Part shown: positions 35,450 through 46,988 of the stretch, one piece after another
Layout of the letters: each line of letters starts with the position of its first letter
How positions within the stretch are numbered: position 1 is the first letter of the stretch
Made by a program: the position numbers and the translations under genes
Notes under the pieces: model-generated
Seen by the model: the letters and a program-made list of their open reading frames with translations, nothing else
The model's database searches: none
Told to the model about the DNA's origin: nothing
DNA from: Chiloscyllium plagiosum
Taxonomy: Eukaryota
Length of the DNA stretch: 51,279 bases
Direction: 5' to 3'
NCBI RefSeq assembly: GCF_004010195.1
Contig: NC_057753.1
Location: 4,570,900-4,622,178, forward strand

Positions 35450-35575
35450 GAGAAACTGAGGACTGCAGATGCTGGAGATCAAGAGTCGAGAGTGTGGGGC
35501 TGGAAAAGCGCAGCAGGTCAGGCAACATCCGAGGAGCAGGAGAATCGACTTTTCGGGCATTAAGCCCTTCATCAG
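35450..35575 (-). mobile_element. Penelope terminal repeat with hammerhead core (35547-35575)
   Basis: Minus strand CTGATGA-AGGGCTTAATGCCC-GAAAAGTC. Confidence 0.7.
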
Positions 35576-35654
35576 AAAAACAATGAGAAGGACAAAGGAT
35601 TTGGAGAGCAGACCCAGACCAACACTTGAAGGAGAAAGAGAAACGAGACCAATG

Positions 35655-36677
35655 TGGGATTTGAGTACAGGAGCAGGGATGGCTTGCTGCAATTGTGCAG
35701 GGTTTTGGTGAGACCACACCTGGAATGTTGTGTGCAGTTTTGCTCTCCTTATCTGAGCTCTTACTGTGACAGGGGCACAGCGAAGGTTTACCGGCCCGAT
35801 TCCTGTGCTGGCAGGACTGAAGAACGAGGAGGCGTTGAATTGATTAGGATTATGTTTGCTAGAGTTGAAATAACGAGAGGGGATTGTGCAGGAACCTATA
35901 AAGTTCCTACCAGGATGAGGCAGGCTGCATGTAGAAAGGATGTTCCTGATGGCATGGGTGTCTGGAACCAGGGATCATAATCTAAGGATACAGGGTAAAC
36001 CATTTAAAGAAAAGAGTTCAGGAGAAATTTCTTCATTCAGAGCGGTGATCTAGTGGACTTTGCTAGGACAGAGAGCAGTCAAGGCAAAAACATTGTGATT
36101 TCAAGAGGGAGTTGGATATATTACTGAGGCATTAAGGGATCAAAGTGCTTTGGGAATACTGCGTTCAGCTGTATCTCCCTGCTATAAAGAAGGCTGTTGT
36201 GAAACTTGAAAGGGTTTAGCAAAGATTGACAAGGGTGTTGCCAGGGTTGGAGGGTTTGAGTGACATGGGAGAGGCTGAATAGGCTGGGGCTGCTTGTCCC
36301 TGGAGCGTTAGAGGCTGAGGGGGTTACCTTATAATGATCTGTTAGATCATAAGGGACATGGATAGGGTGAATAGCCAAGGTAGGGGAGTCCAAAACTAGA
36401 GGGCATAGGTTTTAAGGTGAGAGGGCAAAGATTTAAAAGGGACCTAAGGGGCAACGTTTTCACACAGAGGGTAGCGCGTGTGTGGAATGAGCTGCCAGAG
36501 GAAGTGGTGAAGGCTGGTACTAATACAGGATTTAAAAGGCATCTGTATGGGTATATGAATAGGAAGGGTTTGGAGGGATATGGCAAATGGGACTAGATTA
36601 GGTTGGGATATCGGATCGGTATGGACAAGTTGGACCAAAAGGTCTGTTTCCGTCCTGTATATCTCAATGACTCTATA
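35655..36677 (+). mobile_element. Two successive CR1 3' fragments
   Basis: VRPHLECCVQFCSPY remnant, then a second copy at 36190-36677 with its tail. Confidence 0.88.
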
Positions 36678-36999
36678 GCTGTATTGGGTCAAAAGCAAAA
36701 CGGACCATTAAATTGGATGTTAATAGACCATAACGGTCATAACGAAGGACAGAATGACCTACTTTGACTTTTCTGTTTCTGTAGAACAGGGGGGGAGAGA
36801 GAGAGAGAGAAAGAAACAAAGAAAGTCAAACAAGACAGAAAGACTAGAGAAATGTTAGACTGACAGAGGATAGAGAGAGAAAGTAAACCGACAGGAGATA
36901 GGAAGAGACCTTCTTTAGTACTGTAAACATCCATGGGATCAAGCTTGGATATTGTTCAGGTCATTTTAATGGGGACTGCTGGTTATCTGAGGAGTCATG

Positions 37000-37305
37000 G
37001 GGGGTGGCACGGTGGCTCAGTGGTTAGCACTGCTGCCTCACAACACCAGGGACCCAGGTTCGATTCCAGCCTCGGGGCGACTGTCTGTGTGGAGTTTGCA
37101 CATTCTCCCCGTGTCTGCATGAGTTTCCTCCTGCAGTCCAAAGATGTGCATGTTAGGGTAGATTGGCCACGCTAAATTGCCCGTAGTGTTAGGTGCTTTA
37201 GTCAGGGGTAAATATAGGGTAGGGGGAATGGGTCTGGCTGGGATACTCTTCGGAGGGTGGGTGTGGACTTGTTCAGCCGAAGGCGCCTGTAGGGAATCTA
37301 ATTCT
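37000..37305 (+). mobile_element. HE1-type V-SINE, near full length
   Basis: ggcacggtggctcagtggttagc head, B box, V core and tail. Confidence 0.93.
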
Positions 37306-37499
37306 AATTCATGATTGTCGTTGAACTTGTCAGCAAGCATCTCTGACCTCCTGGTTTTGAGGCTGGTCCTGATCACATGCAGGCACTAAAATGCTGCCGT
37401 TCCCTCCACCTAACTGTGTCTGCCATGTGGTCCTGTTTTTGGGAGACTCCCTTGTTGTCAAGCCCAGTACAGACAGATGCTGCTACTGTGAGCTCTGTT

Positions 37500-38225
37500 T
37501 ACACTCTGGGCAGGTGGGGCTGAAGGGAAAGGGGGAGGTGGGCCGTCACCATGGCAGCGCGCGGGCTTTCATTGCTTTTACCTGGTTTCCACTTTCTCTC
37601 GATGGCAAGTCTCGCACCTTCCCGGACATTCCTCCTCCTCCACTTTGGGGGGGTCTTTGGCCAGTGATTTCCCAGGTGTCCGCAGGAATGCCACCAGTGA
37701 TGCCTTGAGGGTATCACCGAAGTGCGTTGTGTGTCCGCCAGCCGTTTTGGAGCTGAGGGGGAGAGCACCTGCTTGGGGGCGTCCCGTGTCGGGCATGCGG
37801 ACAACTTGCCCAGCTGTTCGAGGGTGGCCAGTGCCTGGAGGTGTCTGCCGTGGACAGTCCACGTCTCAGAGTCACGTGGGAGGGTCGGCATCACCACGGC
37901 TTCAGTGTGGGATCTGATGTTGTGGGGTTTGTTGAACACCCTTTTCTGCAGGCGGCCCAAGGCTGAGCTAGCGCGCTGGGTCTCATCGTCAACAGCTGCC
38001 TTGGTCAAACGGACACTAGTGAGGGATTGGAAGTGGTCAGCATTCTCTAAGGCCTCCTTTTGGCCCTTGATGAAGTTGCTGGGGGGAGCGGTTTGATCCA
38101 CAATGCCAGGCCGGGTCGAGAGGATCCTTGTCTTGTGAGTGTTCAGAGTGAGACCCACGCTCTCCTATGCCTCCGTGAAAGTGCTGACGATGGCCTAGAG
38201 TACGTCCTCTGAGACTGACCTACAC
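37500..38225 (-). mobile_element. RTE-clade LINE 3' fragment
   Basis: GLTLNTHKT...ASSALGRLQKRVF...AVVMPTL..SETWTV matches the C-terminal region of RTE/BovB-type RTs. Confidence 0.8.
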
Positions 38226-38234
38226 AAGCGTCAT

Positions 38235-39362
38235 CTCCAGCAGAGCTGGGCTGAGAAATGGCAGATGGGGTTCGACCTGGATAAATGCGAAGTGATGCAT
38301 TTTGGAAGGTCGAACTCAAATGCTGGATATAGGATTAAAGACAGGATTCTTGGCAGTGTGGAGGAACAGAGGGATCTGGGTGTGCAAGTACATAGATACC
38401 TCAAAGTTGCCACCCAAGTGGATAGGGTTGTTAAGAAAGCATGTGGTGTTTTGGCTCTCATTAACAGGGGGATTGAGTTTAAGAGCCATGAGGTTTTGCT
38501 GCAGCTCTACAAGTCCCTGGTGAGACCACACTTGGAATATTGTGTCCGGTTCTGGTCACCCTACTATAGGAAAGATACAGAGGCTTTAGAGAGGGTGCAA
38601 AGAAGGTTTACCAGGTTGCTGCCTGGACTGGAGGGCTTGCATTATGAAGAAACATTGAGTAAGCTCGGACTTTTCTCTCTGCAGAGAAGGAGGAAGAGAG
38701 GAGACCTGATCGAGGTGTACAAAATAATGAGAGGAATAGATTGGATTAGATTCCTTACAATGTAGAAACAGGCCCTTCGGCCCAACAAGTCCACACCGAC
38801 CCTCCGAAGAACAACCCACCCAGACCCATTCCCCTACATTTACCCCTTCACCTAATACTGTGGGGCAATTTAGCATGGCCAATTCACCTAACCTGCACAC
38901 CTTTGGACTGTGGGAGGAAACCGGAGCACCCAGAGGAAACCCACACAGACACTGGGAGGATGTGCAAACTCCACACAGATACGGTCACCCCGAGGCTGGA
39001 ATTGAGCCAGGCACCCTGGCGCTGTGAGGCAGCAGTGCTAACCACTGAGCCACCGTGTCGTCCCTTTATAGGAAGGGTTTGGAGGGATATGGGCCAAATA
39101 GAACTAGATTTATTGAGGATATCTGGTTTATTAGGAGGAAAGCTTAGGCTAGACATCAAAGGTAGGTTCTTTACGCAGAGAGTTGTGAATGCATGGAATG
39201 CGTTGCCAGCGATAATGGTGGAAGCAGAGTCACTAGGGACCCTTAAGTGACTGCTGGGCATGCACATGGTTAAATTATTTTCTTTTAGGTTAGGAATAAT
39301 CCTGGGCACAACATCGTAGGCTGAAGGGCCTGTTCTGTGCTGTACTTTTCTATGTTCTATGT
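38235..39362 (+). mobile_element. CR1 3' region interrupted by a minus-strand HE1 SINE (38738-39063)
   Basis: ORF 38265-38765 is CR1 RT C-terminal sequence and breaks at the SINE tail. Confidence 0.92.
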
Positions 39363-39635
39363 TTGTGTGGCGCGATTTATTGTTCCTATAAATCGGACGG
39401 CTATGAGCAAGTCACCTACTGCATAATGTATCCCATCCCCAATTGTTGATGTAGCTGTCAGGTCCTTGATTTCACAAGGTTTTCCAGACTTTGCTCGATT
39501 TTGTCCCTATTTTGTGCAACCTCGCTGAGTCGGTGGATTTGTTTTTTTTTTCGCGACAAGACGGGAGAGTTGTTTTCACCACTGGCGGTGTTTCCTTCAG
39601 CTGCGAGCCAGAGTGGATAGGATTGGGCTGTGGTT

Positions 39636-39711
39636 ATGGACGCCGGCAGTTTTAGTTTGGATCCTGAAAGGATTGGATGTTTACACCTTGAGCCGCTAGC
39701 GAGGCACTGCG
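39636..39711 (+). CDS. Candidate exon of gene 2: alternative first exon (MDAGSFSLDPERIGCLHLEPLARHC) or internal exon from 39656
   Basis: Strong donor G|gtaaga in phase 1, gttATGG context, locally CpG-richer unique DNA. Confidence 0.4.
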
Positions 39712-39977
39712 GTAAGAAAAGTTGAGTTTGGAGACTTCCCCAAATTCCCCCAGTAGTTTGCAACAGTTCCTCCCTGAGCTAAATAGCATCAGTCAGGAGC
39801 TGGTTTCCCTTGTAGCTCCCGGCTGTTGTGATACACTGAGGCAAGATTGGGCTGAAAGAGCCCACGCTGGACTCTGTGATTAATTCGGCAGCATTCACCT
39901 TGAGATGTTGGCTGGGATCCCGAGTCTCTGCTTCTCTGTTGTTTTCTTGTATTTTGCTTTGTTGCCTTGTCTTACTG

Positions 39978-41312
39978 AAAAGAAGAAAGAAACTTTACAG
40001 CCCGGGAACAGGCCCTTCGGCCCTGCAAGCCTGTGCTGATCCAAATCCACCGTCTAAACCTATCGCCCAATTCCTAAGCATCTGTATCCCTCTGCTCCCC
40101 ACCTACTCATGCATCTGTCCAGGCGCACCTTAAATGAATTTACCATGCCTGCCTCTACCACCTCTGGTTCCAAACGCCCACCACACTCTGTGTGAAGTAC
40201 TTGTCGCATGTATTCCCCTTAAAGTTTTCTCCTCTCACCTTGAATCCCTCACCCTAGGAAAAAGCTTACCTGTATCCACCCGGTCTATACTCTTCATGAT
40301 TTTGTACAGCTCAGTCAGGTTCGTCCTCAATCTCCTCTTTTCTAATGAAAACAAACCTAACCTACTCAACCTGTCTTCATAGCTAGCACCTTCCATACCA
40401 GGCAACATCCTCGTAAAAGAAGAAAGAAAATTTACAGCCCGGGAACAGGCCCTTCGGCCCTCCAAGCCTGTGCTGATCCAAATCCACCGTCTAAACCTAT
40501 CGCCCAATTCCTAAGCATCTGTATCCCTCTGCTCCCCACCTACTCCTGCATCTGTCCAGGCGCACCTTAAATGAATTTACCATGCCTGCCTCTACCACCT
40601 CTGCTGGTAACGCGTTCCAGGCACCCACCACCCTCAGTGTGAAGTATTCCCCTTAAAGTTTTCTCCTCTCACCTTGAATCCCTCACCCTAGGAAAAAGCT
40701 TACCTGTATCCACCCGGTCTATCCTCTTCATGATTTTGTACAGCTCAATCAGGTTCGTCCTCAATCTCCTCTTTTCTAATGAAAACAAACCTAACCTACT
40801 CAACCTCTCTTCATAGCTGGCACCTTCCATACCAGGCAACATCCTCGTAAACCATCCCTGCACCCTCTCCAAAACATCCACATCCTTTTGGTAATGTGGC
40901 GACCAGAACTGTACGCAGTAGTCTAAATGCACCCGAATGAAGTATTTTACAATGTTAACATGACTTGCCAGTTCTGATACTCAATACCCCATCCAATGAA
41001 GGCAAGCATACTATATGCCTTCTTGACCACTCTATCCACCTGTGCAGCAACCTTCAGGTTACAATGAGCCTGAACTCCCAGGTCTCTCTGCCCATCAACC
41101 TTTCCCATGGCTCTTCCGTTGACAGTATAGTTCGCTCTTGAATTAGACCTTCCGAAATGCATCACCTCACATTTGCCTGGACTGAACGCCATCTGCCACC
41201 TCTCCACCCAACTCTCCAGTCTGTCTATATCCTCCTGTATTCTTTGACAATCCCCTATGCTTTCTGCTTCTCCACCGATCTTCGTGTCACCTGCAAACTT
41301 GCAGATCGTACC
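39978..41312 (-). mobile_element. CR1 with a tandemly duplicated 3' end
   Basis: 39978-40414 repeats from 40415; KFAGDTK RT motif near 41290. Confidence 0.92.
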
Positions 41313-41339
41313 CACAGTGCACAATAACGTCATATTCCC

Positions 41340-41666
41340 AGGCTAACCAGAGACTTTTCCCCCAGGGCAGGATTGACTGGTACGAGAAGACATAGTTTGA
41401 AGATAGTAGGAGATATTAGGTATAAAGGAGACTGCAGAGGTAGGTTCTTTACACAGAGAGTTGTGAATGCATGGTATGCGTTGCCAGCTGTGATGGTGAA
41501 AGCAGAGTCATTGGGACATTTAAGTGACTGCTGGACAGACACATGGATAGCAGTGAGTTGAGGGGTAGGTTAGGTTATTTTATTTTAGATTAGGATTAAT
41601 CCTTGGCACAACATCGTGGGCCGGAGGGCCTGTTCTGTGCTGTACATTTCCATATCCTTTGTTCTA
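41340..41666 (+). mobile_element. CR1 3' end
   Basis: GRFFTQRVVNAWYALP and tail. Confidence 0.88.
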
Positions 41667-41720
41667 CCTGGTGCTCCGGCTCACTGACACTGGTCGGGGC
41701 TGGGTTTGGTTTTGGCTCAG

Positions 41721-41791
41721 AGGCAGCAGAAGTGGCAGAATTTCCCCCTGGCCTCTGTAGGTCAGCTCCAGTCTGCCAGGGAAGCCCGTCG
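41721..41791 (+). CDS. Candidate exon of gene 2 (EAAEVAEFPPGLCRSAPVCQGSPS)
   Basis: Acceptor tttggttttggctcag, donor TCG|gtgagg. Phase 1 start fits upstream exons, but the phase 0 end conflicts with the preferred downstream frame. Confidence 0.35.
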
Positions 41792-42189
41792 GTGAGGAGG
41801 TGAAGCTTTGCAGCGCGGTAGCTGTTTTGTTGCCCCCACCTCCATGCGGAACGGTTTTGAACGGAGGGTTTCGGTCAGACTGAGCGGGAGTAGGAGAATG
41901 CCAATCAGCCCTTGGGCCTTGTTCAGCAGCATCACGTCAAGTCCACACTCCCACCGACACGCAATAGCCTTTAACCTCCCCCCCCCCCCCCGGCTTAAAA
42001 ATCTATCTACCACTGGCAGAAAAAATATTCGAGGTCTCACGGCCGTCTGAGAGAGAAAGAGACAAATGTTGCAAATGGGCGACTCCAGAGTTTGAAGCTG
42101 TGACCCCCAATTGTAAATTCTCCCACAAACGTCAACCTGCTCTCCGCGTCTGTCCCAAGCCTGGATATCGTCTGGTTCCCGTTGCGTTG

Positions 42190-44700
42190 GAACCAGGGCT
42201 GCCTCAGTATGTGAAGACTCGCGCGAACAGTGCTGAGCGTTGTGTGATCACCAGCGGGCTCCTGACCTTACCATCCAAGGGAGTGTCAGCGATGAAGGAG
42301 CTGGAGATGGTCGGGTCTTGGACAGTGCCCTGAGCAACTCATGCAGCGTTGTCCGAGAGCTGAGACTGATCCATAACCATCCTCCTGCGTGCGCCAGGTC
42401 TGACTCAAACCAGTGGAGAGTTTGCCCCTGAAACCCTTTGCTTCCAGGCACTTTGTTGGCAGACTCGGTCACACGCGACCTTGTCCCTCTCCTCTCCTCT
42501 CCTTTCCCCTCCCCTCTTTTGTCCACATCTAAAGCGAGGCGGGACTGAGACCAGGAGCGGCGTGACCCTGATGGAACCCAAACTGGGTATCACCGAGCAG
42601 CTGCTGTTCGATACCCCTTCCACTCCTTCACCGATGTTCGAATGTAGACCGATAGTTGGCTGGATCGGTTTGGCCCTGTTTTTAGTGTACAGTCCTGCCT
42701 GGGCGATTTTCCACATTGTCGGGTAGGTGCCAGTGTTTTAAGTGTACTGGAAGAGCTCAGCGAGGGCAGCGGCAAGTTCTGGAGTCTTCAGTACTGTCGC
42801 TGGGATGTTGCCAGGTTCCATCGCCTTTGCACTATCCAGCTGTTCCTCGATTCACGTGAATTGGCCAAAGGCTGGTGTCTGTGATGCTGGAGACCTCTGG
42901 ATTTGGCCGAGATGGGTCATCGCAGGACTTACACACTTAATGGTAGGGTCCGAGGGAGTGTTGCTGAACAAACAGACCTCGGAGTGCAGGTTCATAGCTC
43001 CTTGAAAGTGGAGTCACAGGTAGATAGGATAGTGAAGAAGGCGTTTGGTATGCTTTCCTTTATTGGTCAGAATATTGAGTACAGGAGTTGGGAGGTCATG
43101 TTGCGGCTGTACAGGACATTGGTTAGGCCACCGTTGGAATATTGCGTGCAGTTCTGGTCTCCTTCCTATCGGAAAGATGTTGTGAAACTTGAAAGGGTTC
43201 AGAAAGGATTTACAAGTTTGTGGCCAGGGTTGGAGGATTTGAGCGACAGGGAGAGAATGAACAGGCTGGGGCTGTTTTCCCTGGAGTGTCGGAGGCTGAG
43301 GGGTGACCTTATAGAGGTTTATAAAATCATGAGGGACATGGATAGGATAAATAGGCAAAGTCTTTTCCCTGGAGTCGGGGAGTCCAGAACTAAAGGGGCA
43401 TAGGTTTAGGGTGAGAGGGGAAAGATATAAAAGAGATCTAAGGGGCACGTTTTTCACACAGAGGGTGGTACGTGTATGGAATGAGTTGCCAGAGGATGTG
43501 GTGGAGGCTGGTACAATTACAACATTTAAGAGGCATTTGGATGGGTATATGAATAGGAAGGGTTTGGAGGGATATGGGCCGGGTGCTGGCAGGTGGGACT
43601 AGATTGGGTTGGGATATCTGGTCGGCATGGACGGGTTGGACCGAAGGGTCTGTTTCCGTGCTGTACATCTCTATGACTCTATTCACCCAGCACTTCTGGG
43701 TAAAGATTGCTGTGAAAGCTTCAGCCTGACCTTTAGCAATGAAGTGCTGCGCTCCCCCATCGCTGAGGATGGGGAGATATCAGTAGAGCCTCCTCCTTCT
43801 CCAGTGAGTTGTTTAGTGTCCACCACCACCATTCATGAGCGGATGTGGCAGGACTGCAGAGCTTAGGTATGATCCGTTGGCTGTGGGACCGCTTGGTTTG
43901 ATCACTAGCCGCTTATGTTGTGTGGTACACAAGTATTCCCGTTTGGTCGCTTCACCAGATTGATATTGCATGTTTCGGTACGTGTAACATTGCTGCTGGC
44001 ATGCCCTGTTGTACTCTGCAACACCCTGGCTGGACGGTCATGGTGGAGTCTGGGATATGCAAGGCCATCAGGTTGCAGATTGCGCTTGATTGAAACACAA
44101 AAGATTACGGTGGTGAGCAACTCAGCTCTTGACTCCTACCCGTCCACTATCGACAAGGCACAAGTCAGGCGTGTGATGGAGTACTCCCTACTTGCCTGGG
44201 TGGATGCAGCTCCCAAAAACACTCAAGAAGCTTGACACCATCCAAGGGAAAGCAGCCCCGACTTGATTGGCACCACATCGACTCCATCCACAGCTGACGC
44301 TGGGTTACAGCAGTGTGTCCTATCCACACGATTGGCACCACATCGACTCCATCCACAGCTGACGCTGGGTTACAGCAGTGTGTCCTACCTACACTATGCA
44401 CTGCAGGCAATTCTCCACAGACCTTCCGCATCCACAACCACTTCCCTTCTGAAGGAAGGCAGGTGCTGCAGTTACCTCGGGACTGCACCGGCCGAATTTC
44501 CTCTCCAAGCCGCTCCCCAGCCTGACCCGGAAATATATCGCCATTCCTCCGCTGTGGCAAGGAGTCGGAATCCCGGGCTTGCCTCCCCTGGCAGCGTGGG
44601 CTGCCTGACAGCACGGGGGATCGCAGGGGTTCACCCAGCCCCCTTCTCAGGGGCAGCTTGGGGCAGGCAGGAAACATTGGCTATCCAGCGTGACTCTCAG
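42190..44700. mobile_element. Old L2/CR1-group LINE remnants (minus 42190-42900 and 43685-44090; plus 44140-44700)
   Basis: Decayed RT motif DKVACDRVCQQ (cf. KAAFDRVWHQ) and plus-strand KAQVRRVMEYSLLAWVDAAP. Confidence 0.65.
42920..43682 (+). mobile_element. Young CR1 3' fragment nested in the older LINE
   Basis: ORFs 42903-43403 and 43411-43602; tail ctgtacatctctatgactcta. Confidence 0.95.
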
Positions 44701-44937
44701 CGCAGAGAGCAATACCAAAGCCAGTCATACCTTCCCCGATTACAATTCCATTCAACTGCAGCCCAACCCGTCCTCCCATCACAACCTGCCCCTTCCAAAT
44801 ATTCTTCCAGTGAAACACCTCAGTGCATTCATTTCCCTTCCTTGAGTAAATGTGACCAGATTCCAAAGGTAGCCTCACTCAATGGTTTCTCCCTGCGTCG
44901 CTGTTCGAGATGGTAAACTCTGTTTCTTTCCTTGCAG

Positions 44938-44998
44938 ACGTCTGTGCGCGCAAAGCCTCAAAGCCGGATTCCCGGAAGGCAGCCCTGCCTTTACCCAG
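44938..44998 (+). CDS. Internal exon of gene 2 (preferred frame DVCARKASKPDSRKAALPLPR)
   Basis: Textbook acceptor ctctgtttctttccttgcag and donor CAG|gtgagc; phase 1 to 2 joins the acidic frame of the 46491 exon. Confidence 0.7.
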
Positions 44999-46081
44999 GT
45001 GAGCGGCGGTGCCTTGTTGAGTGATGACCGGGACGAAGTAAGGGAATGGGCTGTGGTCACTGGGTTTGGAGAGAGACCAAACATTTGGTGGGAATGCAGG
45101 TGCTGCGAACACAGAGGGGTACAGACAGATCGAGTGAGTTGAGAGAAACCTGTTGGCCAGTGGGGCACAAGGTGGGAAGCTGAGAGGTTATGCACTCTGA
45201 CAGGAGGACTCAAACATGGCTGTTGTGGAAGTGGGGAAGGATTGACAGTTCCGAAAAGCGTGCCTGGTTCCCTCATTTTACTGAGGACGGCATTCTGCTT
45301 TATCGTACCTAGACATTGTTGCTGCAGATCCACACTCCCCGCTTCCCACTGATATGGTGTGGGCAGCCACTCCATTCAAGGGCACTGAGGGCTGGGAACA
45401 ATGTGAATGGGCTCCTCGTGCCCAGTGCAGTGGCACCCTATCCTCAGTGTCACTTGCATTGTGCCTGCAGGTCTGGTTTCTCTCTGTCTGTCTGTGTGTG
45501 TCTCTCTCTCTGTCTCTCTCTGTGTCTCTCTGTCTGTGTCCCCCCTGNNNNNNNNNNNNNNNNNNNNNNNNNNNNNNNNNNNNNNNNNNNNNNNNNNNNN
45601 NNNNNNNNNNNNNNNNNNNNNNNNNNNNNNNNNNNNNNNNNNNNNNNNNNNNNNNNNNNNNNNNNNNNNNNNNNNNNNNNNNNNNNNNNNNNNNNNNNNN
45701 NNNNNNNNNNNNNNNNNNNNNNNNNNNNNNNNNNNNNNNNNNNNNNNNNNNNNNNNNNNNNNNNNNNNNNNNNNNNNNNNNNNNNNNNNNNNNNNNNNNN
45801 NNNNNNNNNNNNNNNNNNNNNNNNNNNNNNNNNNNNNNNNNNNNNNNNNNNNNNNNNNNNNNNNNNNNNNNNNNNNNNNNNNNNNNNNNNNNNNNNNNNN
45901 NNNNNNNNNNNNNNNNNNNNNNNNNNNNNNNNNNNNNNNNNNNNNNNNNNNNNNNNNNNNNNNNNNNNNNNNNNNNNNNNNNNNNNNNNNNNNNNNNNNN
46001 NNNNNNNNNNNNNNNNNNNNNNNNNNNNNNNNNNNNNNNNNNNNNNNNNNNNNNNNNNNNNNNNNNNNNNNNNNNNNNNNN

Positions 46082-46112
<31 letters not shown>

Positions 46113-46490
46113 CACTGTCCCATATTCCTCTGCTTTCTTTCCCATCTTGGTTTACAAAGAACGACTGAGCCCCGATGGGCTACTTCCTGTGAGCGAATCC
46201 TTGTTTTGTATATAGGTGGGGGGAGGGGAAGGTGAGACCCCTCCTGTCTAGTCCTGCCTGGTAGTGCAGCCATTGAGGTTGGAGATAGAAAAGGCGCCTC
46301 TGAAAAGCTCTTGGGAGCTGAAAGCAGAGCAGTTCCTGGAGGGAGCGGTGGGGGATGGGAGTGGGGGAGGAGGGGCAGTTTCCTGCTGCTGCTGCTTCCT
46401 CTCACAATGGACGCAGCTATTAACATGCCTCTACAGGGAGCCGGCACTGGAGCACAAAGCAAACGGGGTTGTTTTGTCTGTCTACCTCAG

Positions 46491-46877
46491 AGCCAGCAAC
46501 CGACCCAGAGCCTCAGCCTGCAAACGGGAGCAGCGAAAGGGCAGGTCGCGAGCAAGCACGCGGCTGGCCAAGTCTGCAAAGGTGGAGAGCAGCGATGAGG
46601 CGCCAAGTGATGAGGAAGCTGCAGGTCCCGAGGCTCTGTCAGCGCCGTCTTCCCCAGAGGCACAGTCCGAGAGCGGCGAGGAGAACGCGGTGGATCCCGA
46701 GTCTCTGTCAGCGCCGTCTTCCCCAGAGGCACAGTCCGAGAGCGGCGAGGACGACGCGGTGGATCCCGACACTCTGTCAGCACCGTCTTCTCCGGAAGCA
46801 GATTCTGACGCTGAGAGTGGCGAGGAGGGTTCGAGTGACAGCACCGAAGATCCAGATCAGACAGAGTCTGAGAACAG
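46491..46877 (+). CDS. Internal exon of gene 2 encoding a basic then acidic Ser/Glu/Asp-rich disordered region with 23-aa repeats
   Basis: Acceptor gttttgtctgtctacctcag, donor CAG|gttagc, 387 bp symmetric phase 2, lies within ORF 46264-46953. Confidence 0.75.
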
Positions 46878-46988
46878 GTTAGCCAGCTGTCAGGAATGGG
46901 ATGTGATATCCAGAGAAGTGGAAAGATGCTGCAAATGTAGTTTCCCAGGGTGATCCGCACAGGCTGTTACAGACAGTCTCTATCCGAC

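Noticed and set aside
37000..37075. tRNA genes (here and at other A/B-box sites)
   Set aside because: These are SINE heads continuing into the V core, with no full cloverleaf.
37467..37492. 20-nt micro-exon candidate (tacagacagatgctgctact|gtgagc)
   Set aside because: Poor pyrimidine tract; phase compatibility alone is not enough evidence.
45278..46462. 245-394 aa ORFs
   Set aside because: Artefacts of the N gap and CT microsatellite.
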